A DNA stretch of 64,000 bases from Macrostomum lignano (Eukaryota). The notes beneath the pieces were generated by a model that had not been told where the DNA came from, did not search any database, and saw only the letters and a program-made list of their open reading frames with translations. Shown one piece after another: positions 53,263 through 64,000 of the stretch. The number at the start of each line of letters is the position of its first letter. The first letter of the stretch is position 1. The position numbers were made by a program, and so were the translations under genes. The stretch lies in the NCBI GenBank assembly GCA_002269645.1, contig NIVC01002102.1, positions 140,361 through 204,360 of the forward strand, in the 5' to 3' direction.

Positions 53263-56200
53263 TGTTTTTTACTTGCATGTGGACAATTTGCCAGCTAATG
53301 CCAAAGCTGCCCTTCCTTGGAACAGATCTCACAGGGAACACGACTTACATGTGAGTAAAATTTGCTTTTGGTGTAATTAAGAATTCAGCAAGGCGGTAGG
53401 CGCATTTAAAATGGCGTGTACAATACTAGCAAAGAGTGAGAACCATGTGTAGTACATGTCTGCCGCAGAATTCTCAGAGTATACTTTATATTATTCTGAA
53501 AACATTATAACATGGGGCTGTAAGTCTTAGCCCCACATGGTCCTTATGTTATTTCACAAAAAAACATACAAATATCACATCACAAACCATCACAAAAGAA
53601 GGGGGTTTAATCCCACTTATTGTTACCAAATTCCTTAGGCGACTGGGGTTTTCCAAGAATTGTGGGGAGAATTTCTATTTCTAATAAGAGTGTACTTTAA
53701 GGACATTGGTAGCGTTTCAATGCCCGAGCAGTAAGACACTGCATGTTTATATCTAAATAGTAAGACATCCTACGAGTATTTATGACTGGAATTAGCTAAT
53801 TAGGATAGGAACAAGGCGGCGGACTAAAGTTGCCTTGAAAAACAGGACGCACTACTTTAGGGGACTCTATTGCCTAATAGGGAATACCGGTGGGGAATGA
53901 CAGGGTGCTATTGCTGGATCGAACGTCCTTTAGAGAGGAGGGCAGTACGCCTAATAGACAGGAGATCTTGGAGATAGACAAGACGCCTGGTAGACAGTAC
54001 ATCTGGGGAATAGGCGGAACGCCTGTCAGAAGTCTGGGGGATTAGGCAGGACGCCTGTAGGTCTGTACTGTACACCATGGGGGAGAAAAATGTGGCAACA
54101 CGCCCACTATATTGAACAAAATGTTTTTCTGGGGAAGAGGGACAAAACGACCAATGAAATAAAGAGCAATGACTTTTTATTTTCAGAACAAAAAGTAGAC
54201 ACTCAAATGAGGCACGAGTCCAAGGCAAGCAAATGGAGCAATTGCAGGCAATTCCGAAGTTGGTTTCCATTATATTTATTTTATTTTATTTATAGCAAGA
54301 AAAGTGGGGTCGATGGTGCTGGATACATTAAAACAAAATAGTGTGCTTTATAGTATTAGTGCTTTTTCAAAAAAGTTCGATTACTAAAAGTTATAAAAAA
54401 TGTGAAAAAATTAAACTTTATTTGTACATAATTTGTATGGTTTTAAATAGAGATATACTACTCGTAAAAAGAAAGTTACTGATGCAAAACTATACTATTT
54501 GAAAATATACATAATGTTTGTTTAGAATATTAATTATATGTGTAAAATATTTTTTGAGATCTACATAGCATTTATGGAATAGAATAACTATTCCATTTAG
54601 TTTCATAAGCAATTTTGCTCTTTTTTCTTTTTTCTTTTTTCATATGTTATCATTTTCATGAAATTATTGTGTGTAAAATTATGCTGTACTTCTGTTTGTA
54701 CTACTTTTCATTTAAAAAAAACAAATTCATGTTACTGTTATTGTTTATTGTTTTTTCCAGATACCATTCGTCAGTTTAAGATGTAGGTTTTTAATGCATT
54801 TATAAATTATAAAAACAGTGAAATTTTATATTTTTGCTTGTAAAACACATACACGACTGTAAACCGGGCACATTTTTTTTGCCTGTGTTAATATTAACAA
54901 CAAAGACTACATGAGGCTTCTGCTCATTTAAACGATATAATTTCTTACTAATAAATATTAATGAATTAGTAAGGCCCATTCTTACATTTTTGAATTAACA
55001 GATGTTAAATAGTTAAATGCAGTAACGGCTTGATTACTATTATACAAGGTAGACGAAAAGTACTGCACAAATGACTACACTTAGTTAATGTTATAACGCA
55101 GTTTGAAAAGTCTCCTTAGAACTAAAGATAACTTTCTGAAACAAGTGAAAAGATAATATGCGTTATACACGTCCACTGCCATCACCAAAAAATTGAGCTG
55201 GCTGATCTAAATTAAAAACCGTATAGTGTAATCAATTTTGACAGTATAACAAACACTAATATAAATAACACGATTTCAAAGTGTTATTTGTACTAAAGTT
55301 ATTTTTAACTTCATTACAACGTATTTTTTATAAATTTAACATTATTTCCTATTGATTCTAGCTCTAGTTTTTAGACAAGTGCGGTGTTTTTTTACGTAAA
55401 TAAACAAATGCCGATTCACTTGCAAAACCAGAATTTCTTGTGCTTTTAATATGATATTCCTAACACTTGTAAGCACTTTAACCATTTTTTCTTAAAAAAT
55501 AAACTCTTTACTTATTTAAAAAAATTGCCCACAAAAAAGGAAAAAGTTTTGAGAATGACCCACCATGTAAATAGTACTGTCATTATTTGCATGGTAACTA
55601 AAATAAATACTAGTTTTATATATTGTATATTACTTATAATGGTCCAATTACATTTGGTCACAAATCCATTCTTTTGAAGGTGAATTAGTTGCATTATTGT
55701 TTGTTTCTTTTGAAACACTATTTGTACTTTGCATTATTAATAGTATGAGCTAACTAATAAAAAATGCTAAGCTATAAACACAAACAAATAAATCAAGCCT
55801 AAACTCCATTTACTGGCTTTAGTAAGTTTAAAGTCTATTATGAAAATAAAAGATACTGGGACAAATATTGAGAAGTCCTTGTCCCTGATACTGATAAGTG
55901 ATAAGATAACTATTTATAAGGTATTTACCTTAGTTACAGTGTAAATAACACCAGCAATATATACATGGTACCGTGCAAACAACGACTGCCTAAATATAGA
56001 ATGCCAATTCAATCATAATGCAAGAAATTTGTAACTGGTAATTGCCAATATTTGCCTGGGCCTACCTACCCTGCTGCTGGTTAATTTTGTAGCCACATGC
56101 AGTTTGGATCATGGAGTTTGAATGCTAAACAGGCTATAGTCAATCTGGAGACAAATAACCAACTGCAGCCTGACGAAAAAAGGTAAAGTGTAAAAAGTTA

Positions 56201-57449
56201 CCCAGATTTTTGCAAAAAACGTTACCTGAAAATTTTCTATAAAATATGTTGTGAAACTTGATAAAAACTGCGGTCTCTGTTAAAAAAGCTAATAAATAAA
56301 AATGTACTAGTAAAATGTGATCTTAATTTTTATTTCTGGCTGAACCAGTAAAAAGCAAGGTAAGACTTTACCCAAAAAAACTTACCCGTAATTACCAGGT
56401 CCTTACCTGTAATTACCCAAACAAATAATGCTGCAATATTGTTTATTTGTTTATGCTTTTAAGGCATCTATCCTTAAGTAAGCAGTAAAAGTTGGCAATA
56501 AGAAGTCGAAGTACTCCCACTTTTGTTTAAATTTATTGTGGTTTTTGAAAACTAGCACCGAATTAAATGTTCAAAGACCTTCAGGACCTCCAGAAGAATT
56601 TTAGTGCCTAAATGCAATCATAAAAATGGACTTTTTTCCCTAGTGTTCTTTTCTGTCTCTCTCAATGACTCTGTGCTTGTACTAGCTAGAGATATACAAA
56701 ATAAATATTATGCATTTGACTGTATTGTATTATATTATCTAGGTTTAGAATTTTCACCAAGCATACTCCTTTGCCTGGTGAAACCAATAAGTATATTTGT
56801 TTGGTTTGAAAATTAAGGTACATAGATAAAGGTTTATTACCTCTTTTCAATAGCTTCTTGCATCTCTTATTACTATAAACAACAAAACCATTTGCAATGG
56901 TACCTTGGTTACCTAACATAACTATTTTGTTAAGAAAGTCTATACAGTATTCTATATTCTATATATTCTATATAGTACTCTATACAATAAGTTTTAAGCA
57001 TTTTTAGCTAGGATCAATCTAAGTACTTACAGTACTGGGAGGAATATTTTCTATCTATATTTACTCATAAATTATTTGTTCCTACCTGTTTGAAAGATTT
57101 AACATTCAATTAACCCTTTGATATATGAGCTAAGCATATAAGAAACTAATCTAAAATAGGAAAAATTTAAATGCACATTGAAATTCTAGATATATCATAT
57201 ATTCCATTGTTACCAGTTTAATTTTGTTCTTTTCTAGCTTCTAACTTTAAATTTAACTCCAACTCTAACTTCTAATAAGGATAATAATAAGTTATAACAT
57301 TAAACTATTTATCATTTAGCCTTATTCAAATAAATGAAAATATTAGAATCCCAATTCTTTACATAGTCTAAAAAGCAACATTAAATTTTATGCTTGTAAA
57401 ACTTTGGTTGCACAAACCTTTATTAATTTTGAAATAGCATTTAGTTAGC

Positions 57450-58700
57450 TTTTGAATAATTTTCTGTTTTCATGTTCCCACTTGACTGATGGTTCTGGGG
57501 GTCTGCTAACTCTATCTTGGTATCAAAAGTCACAACTAGTAGGCTTTTTTTATAGAATTTTCCTTCTACAAATAGCATCTAACACACATCCCTATCTCTC
57601 CCTTCCTTCTTTTGGATCTCAACATAAAAACGTTGACACAAAATTTATGAAAGCTTGCTATCTTACATTGCTGTTCAAAATCCAAGGCTTTCAAAGTTCA
57701 ATGGAGAAAGCCCTCTTTTTCGGCCTTAGACTTCTTTATTCGAAATTGGCAGACTCAGGCGCATTTGTTACTTTCTTTTCATGCATCAAAGAGTTGCTTT
57801 GTCCAAATCCGGAGACAAATAGACTAGTCTTTGTTTTAGATGAGTGCTGTTCAATCGATTATTCTCTATGCACTGTTTTTGCTGACCACTATTTTCACTT
57901 TCTTGGTAGAGAACATTTTATGTTTAACTTTGAAGAACAGGCACGCAAAGCCAGTTTGAATTTGTCGATTTCTGCAGAGCAAACAGACTGCAATGTCAGC
58001 CATGCAATGGGATGTGTTTGGACAACTGGGTCTTTTAAGCCAGGCAGACTTGGAAAGTTTTGATGCAATATTGTTGGAGATAAGCAAAAACTGGTCTGAA
58101 CATGGAACATTTGGTAAAATGATAGCGTACTACATTCAGGTGCATATATACAAAAGACAAAAATAGTGGCTTTATTAAAGGATTTGTTAATCTCTACTTT
58201 CCCTGTTCCATAGTAGTAAAAAGGCATCTAAAAATTAAATATCGTCATGACCACATTGACAACATACATTAAATTGAAAGGTATACATGTAAGGGTGCAG
58301 GCACTGTCTATCCATGTTTCAATGATGCAGAATTTTTTATTATAAACATTTTCCCTTCACAGAATTCAGTATATTACGTCTTCCTAACATCCTGTAGGAC
58401 AAGGCTGAAAAATTAAAGCAGAAGGCTAGCAACTTCAAACTGGCCCTCACCAGTATTGATTCATCAAGGCAACAATCTCAAGAGAGACTTAATTGGGAAA
58501 TCAAGGCATTCTGAACTCGTCAATATCATTGCCTGCTGAGCAACACTCTGGTGGAATTCAAATCTTGTGTTCAGTTCGAGCTTAAGGCTGAGGAAGATGC
58601 CCTTCATGGAGTTGGTGACTACCATCTGCAACGAGGTTGGAGCTCGCACCTCGTTGCTAATGAAGATTAGCTGCATTTTTCTCCTGAGGAGAGAGCCAGT
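57450..58700 (-). pseudogene. Degraded, probably transposon-derived coding remnant
   Basis: - strand frames read as protein if TAA/TAG/TGA are taken as mutated CAA/CAG/CGA (e.g. KIASFHKFCVNVFMLRSKRRER.DVC); family unassigned. Confidence 0.3.
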
Positions 58701-59697
58701 TGATAAAAACTATTCCTTGAACGACATAAGTAGTCTTTAAATGAAAATTTGTAGACACCTTAAAAATGCATTCATTCATTATGGAGAATAGAAGTGGAAG
58801 AGTTAAATTTACAGAATGAGACAAATGATTGAAATGATACAATTGATGTTTACTGGTACCCTCGTAGCTTAATTTTTTAGTTCTGGTTTATCGTAGTTAA
58901 GCGAACATGACATAAACAATGAATAAGGGCTTATCATTTCAACAGTTTATTCCTATTTTGAACTCACCATACTAGTGGTCTAGACAAGGGCCGTATCCAG
59001 ATTTTTTGATGGGAGATTTATTTATTGTTTAGGGTGCCAGACACAGAGAATTGGTACTATGCTTGAATGAAGTTGAGGGTACATATATCCAAATCCTTCT
59101 TCGTCACAACCCCTTGTCGAGACCCATTTATACGGCTGTAATAAGTGAGTACATATTTTAAATTTAAGCTTCCGCGTTAAGAATTCAGTTTTGTCCCGGC
59201 AGCGGCAACACATGGGATGAAAAAAATCCCTCTCGCTTATGTTGACCCCCTCAAAAGCAGATAGGAGAAACTCTGGTCAGACCCGATGACATGCTCTTGG
59301 AAGTTAGGCCATGGGAGAATGATCATCCACTTATTGTGGCCTTTCCGTCTGCTGGGTGCAAAGGGCAGATGTGCAGGGCATGCTTGTGTCCTATTGTTAC
59401 TACTTCTAAAATACTGCCACATTGTTCTGTTGTTGCTCATCTCGAACAGCATTTCCACTTGAGGCTGACCCAAGGCAGCAGCGACAAGCAGCATCCACAT
59501 ATCACTGCTGCAATGCGGAAAACATTTTACCACCTCTGCGCAAAGTGCCTCGTAAGGCGATTTGGACAGAAATTTTTTCAGACGATGCGCGTTGAGTTTA
59601 GGCCAGATGCTGGGAAAGAATTTTCTAGTGTTAAAGCCGCATTCAATATTCATCATCCAGACCTATTGTAGATAGTCACTGAGTCCGATTCTACACT

Positions 59698-59910
59698 TGC
59701 TCTTAAAGCATGCCTATTTCTCAGTCTCATCTTGCAGATGCTACCTGCCCTTAAAGCGTGCCTATTTCTCAGTCTCATCTTGCAGATGCTACCTGCTCTT
59801 AAAACATGCCTATTTCTCAGTCTCATCTTGCAGATGCTACCTGCTCTTAAAACATGCCTATTTCTCAGTCTCATCTTGCAGATGCTACCTGCTCTTAAAG
59901 CGTGCCTATT
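59698..59910. repeat. 48-bp tandem repeat x ~4
   Basis: tgctcttaaagcatgcctatttctcagtctcatcttgcagatgctacc. Confidence 0.9.
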
Positions 59911-60566
59911 TTTCTACCTTTAGTCAAAGATTTCAACATTACAACCATTCACTTGTGTGATGACGTATTTGCGATTATCTTGTACTCATATGATATATAC
60001 GACAGACTACACTTTGATCAATTGTTTATCATGTGTGAAAAGTTAGTCAGATTCCTATAATAAGTTAGTGATTCTTTTTATACGCTACCTGAAGTTTTCT
60101 AGTACCCAAATGCCAATGCCAAAAAATCATATAGTTGGATACAGTTCCATTTTGATTTAAGACAATTTGTTGTTTCAACTGCCATCTCTAAGACCTATGA
60201 CATCTAGCTTTCGCAAATTGTTACCTTGAAAGAAGGTTTTGTGTTTGCATTTTACAAATCAGTTGACCATTCAAACAGAGTTTTTTGTGCAGCTATTTTT
60301 TTCTCCCAACCTTTAAAACATTTATTTTATTTAACATAATGCATAAAATGTCATTCCGTCTTACTGTTGTAAAGGAAGCAAAAAAGTCATTTGTTTGATT
60401 TTTATGGCAGCTTATTAGCCAATTTTAAGTAGAAAGGTACATTATAGCAAAGCTTTGCTTTCCTGACTTATGTCCACTCATAATTTGAGTATTGTAGGAG
60501 TCTACTGGAAGTCTGGCCTGTTGATTTTTTGTTTTTGTTTTTTGTTTTGTGATGAATTTCTTTTTA

Positions 60567-60769
60567 TGAGGGATGTCCAAAAAGTAGTCATATCTTTGAC
60601 CACAGACAAATCTGAAATGGCTATAGACATAGAAATTGAAAACCCATTTTTTTGCTTGCCAGTGTACTTGTATGTCTATTTAAGCTGCCATTTTAGTTGT
60701 GTGGTAACAGTTTGGGTATCCTAAAGAATAATCAGTTTTACTCAGCGATTACTTTTTGGACACCCCTCA
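60567..60769. mobile_element. mariner-type MITE, ~200 bp
   Basis: TIRs TGAGGG(A/G)TGTCCAAAAAGTA flanked by TA at 60565-60566 and 60770-60771; resembles TA|CGAGGG..CAAAAAGT mariner ends. Confidence 0.75.
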
Positions 60770-60784
60770 TAGCACAGCGCATAA

Positions 60785-61190
60785 GGGTTAGAGGGGCAGA
60801 GGAGAGGGTGATAACTTGACAGTGGTGGCTTGAAGGGATAAGGAGAGAGGGTGAGCATAAAAGGGAAAAGGATGGGGTTAGAGAGGCAGAGGAGAGGGTG
60901 ATAACTTGACAGTGGGGGCTTGAAGGGATAAGGAGAGAGGGTGATCATAGAAGGGAAAAGGATGGGGCTAGAGGGGCAGAGAAGAAGGTGATAACTTGAC
61001 AGTGGGGGCTTGAAGGGATAAAGAGAGAGGGTGATCATAGAAGGGAAAAGGATGGGGCTAGATGGGCAGAGAAGAAGGTGATAACTTGACAGTGGGGGCT
61101 TGAAGGGATAAAGAGAGAGGGTGATCATAGAAAGAAAAAGGATGGGGCTAGAGGGGCAAAGACGAGAGGGTGATAACTTGACAGGAAAAG
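60785..61190. repeat. ~90-bp purine-rich tandem repeat x ~4
   Basis: Recurring gataacttgacagtgggggcttgaagggataa...gagagggtg; 30-aa period in the reverse pseudo-ORF. Confidence 0.9.
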
Positions 61191-64000
61191 AGGGTGGGGG
61201 TTCAACTAGAGGACATAGTAGGGCTAAAAGGGAAGAAAAGGTACTAAAAGAGGATGGAGGCTAGAGGGTAGGAAGATAAGGCTAAAAGAGAAAATATGGG
61301 GTTGGAAAAGAGAAAAAGTAAAGGCTAAAAAGGAAGATGGGGTAAGGCTAGAGAAGACAGTGGTACAACAAGGGAGAGAGGGTGGTCATCCCCCCTTAGG
61401 CAGAGACTGGATCAAAGGGGAGACCAAGCAATTTTTTGCCAAAAACAAAGCCACTTCTTTATCTGTCTCCTGGGCCTTTACCTTTTAGAATCTCACTTTT
61501 CAAAAAATTTTATTGGGAAATGTTGCATTATTGGGAAAAGAGAATAGGCGCTTGAGGGAAAAAGTTAAAGGCTAGATTAGAAGAAAAAGTCAAGGCTAGA
61601 AGTTTATTATAACTTTTTATATATTGGCAATAAATAGCTAATAGCTACTAGCTAGTCTATAGATTTTTCTATAGTTATAATTGTTAAGGAAAATTATTTT
61701 TAAATGTTTATAAAATTTTATAGTAACATTTATTAGGACTATCATTTGGTTCAAATAAATTTCAACCTTGAAGGTGTCTAATAATAGTTAGATGAAATGT
61801 ATTAGCAACTCAAATAAATAACTAGGCTTAGGCCTAACACTTCATATTGATATTGACTTGTTAAAAATATGATAGTTTAAATATTATTTTTAATTATATT
61901 AATATAGGCCTAAATAAATTGGATTTACTATTGTAAATATATTGAAATCTATGTAGAATTTCCATACAATACAGCATGCTCTTATCTTATTATGATTTAG
62001 GTATATTTCTACTTTAGATGTTCAAAAGACCATTTGTTGAAATATTTTAATGTAAATATATTATAAGATATAATATATAGGCCGGCATAGTTCTAGTTCT
62101 AGTTTACTGCGTTAAATTATTTTGCCTTCTATTCAAGGGTAGGGGGGTTGGAATATAACAAAGTAAACTAGAACTATGCTTATAGGCCTGCTTAGGCCTA
62201 ATTAAAAAAGGAGTAAATTAATTTTAGAATCACAGAGAAAAGACACTATTATTATAATTATTAATATTATATTTAGAACACATTTTGATATAACATAAAA
62301 CTAGGCCTATCTAGATATATAATGGGTATAATATAATTACAAAAAAATAATCAATGAAATATAAAACTTTGTATTAGTTAAGTCTAGGTCTAAGAAATAT
62401 AATAATAACTAGGTAGTTTTGATCTATTACCACTGGCACTGTTATCATTACAGGCCTAGAAAGCTAATTAGGCTAAATAAGCAGTTGCATGTTTGCCCAA
62501 GAGACTAAACCATTTGAATTCATAGTAGTAGGGCCTTTGAGTTTAAATTCATTTAAATAATAAAAAATGGTTTGGAACTTTGGTGGTTATGTAAATTTCA
62601 AAGAAGTCTAGCTAAAGACAAAGTCTAAAGAGCAATAAATTATAAATAAATCTGTAAAAAATTGGCAATAGGCCCTATTTAGCTAGTGGTAAAATTAAAG
62701 ATTTAGGCCTATTTTAGGTCCAAAGTCAGTCCAACAACATGAATAGGTCCATACCATAGGCATAGCCATAGGATAGAGGATATAGATATTATGCAAATTA
62801 AACTACATTACTGCATATAATAGAATTAGAATAGGTCTAGGCTAATGCCAAATTATAATATTAATAGGCCTATGAGTATGACTAGGTGAGGTGGGCAACT
62901 TCGTAGACTATTAATACATAGGTTATTAGCTAGCCTAGCCCTACATTTTTGCTAGGTAGAATGGAATTTTAGCTAGTAAGCTAGCCAGCATGGAATTATA
63001 CAGTTTATAGATAGTTTCGTAACTAGCTCTCTAGCTTTTTTCTAAGAAATAATATCACCCGTGTCAACTTCTACACAGGAGCCTCAAAGTGCTCAAAGGC
63101 ATAATAATACGGGTAGAACTATCCATCGAAGGGTATTTATTATCTGCCTTTAGGGCTCCCGTAAAGAGGTATTTTTGAGCCCTACGTTGTGACACGGGTG
63201 ACTAAATTTAGATACTAATAAGCGCAATTTACAACTTCATACTAAATGCTAAAATAATTTATTACGTCTATTTTACTGATTCAGTGCGTGAAAATAATTT
63301 TCAGATTTTCAAAACGATATAAGTGAAACTTTGTTTTTCTATGTTTCCTAAAACTTAATTTTACTTTAACCATATTTTAAATGCTTTATACTACATTCTA
63401 AGAAAATTATTCAAACTTACTACTACTACTACAAAAATGAATGCCTACTAAGAAAATGAAAGCCATAAAAATGAATACCATGAAAACTGCAACTGCTGGA
63501 GTTAGGCCTAGTTGGCAATGTTGTATTGATAATATCTTAGGCCTATCCTTAGGCCTATCAGAGCTTCTCAGCAAGCAGTTTTGGCACACCTACTGGCTTA
63601 GCCAGATAATTTTTATTTATGGTGACACTTTGCAAATAAAATGCATCATTATACTTAATGTACTAATACTAGGTCAAAATGAGGCAAAAATTAACTGGCT
63701 GAATTTCAATCAAAATCTAAGTGGAATTGGTTCTACTTAGGCCTATTATTATATTAGTTCTATTACTAGCCTAGTTCGCGCGCGTTGTATGCCTGCTCAG
63801 TGCTCAGGGGAGTTGGCGGAATGGGCAGTAATGCCTCTCGCTGGTTATGTGTTGATGTTGCTTAAAGTGCACGCAGGGTGCCACACACCCCCTGCCTCTA
63901 ATAAAAAATAGAATTGGTGGTACTATAATTGGGTGAAAGTTCTAAGATGTATGCAAGGTGATTTTTGATTTGCCTAGCATGTTGTTTCATGAGTGTAATA

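Larger units (their letters stand above)
49444..55561 (+). mobile_element. Sola-type (Sola2-like) DNA transposon, ~6.1 kb, near-autonomous
   Basis: TIRs GGGTCATTCT(A/C)AAAA at 49444 and, reversed, ending at 55561. 4-bp TSD ACCA at 49440-49443 and 55562-55565. Internal transposase. GGG termini with a 4-bp TSD fit my recollection of Sola2; the subgroup call is less certain than the DNA-transposon call. Confidence 0.85.

Overview
Eukaryotic, intron-rich, repeat-dense genomic DNA from an invertebrate. The Gln/Ala/Ser-run coding style and minisatellite-filled introns suggest a free-living flatworm such as Macrostomum; this is inference only. Three spliced host genes can be reconstructed by hand with phase-consistent GT-AG junctions. 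(1) A + strand LIM-homeobox gene of the apterous/Lhx2/9 class (~5446-9931). (2) A - strand FRMD4-like FERM + coiled-coil gene (at least 13 exons, 32888-13129; its first exon was not found). (3) A - strand divergent p38-type MAPK with TGY and DLG motifs (46393-40620), whose first coding exon lacks an ATG. The window also holds a 6.1-kb Sola-type (Sola2-like) DNA transposon with TIRs, a 4-bp TSD and a near-intact transposase plus PHD finger, next to a related non-autonomous element. Further mobile DNA comprises two hAT non-autonomous elements with 8-bp TSDs (one with a nested Tc1/mariner-type insert), a mariner MITE and three CORE-type tRNA-SINE copies. About 25 micro- and minisatellite arrays are present, with units clustering at 21-23 bp. 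Old transposon DNA (~33.2-37.4 kb and ~55.6-63.8 kb) is CpG-poor and rich in TA/CTAG/AGGCCT, suggesting repeat-targeted C-to-T hypermutation. Most long ORFs in the supplied track are artefacts of tandem repeats.
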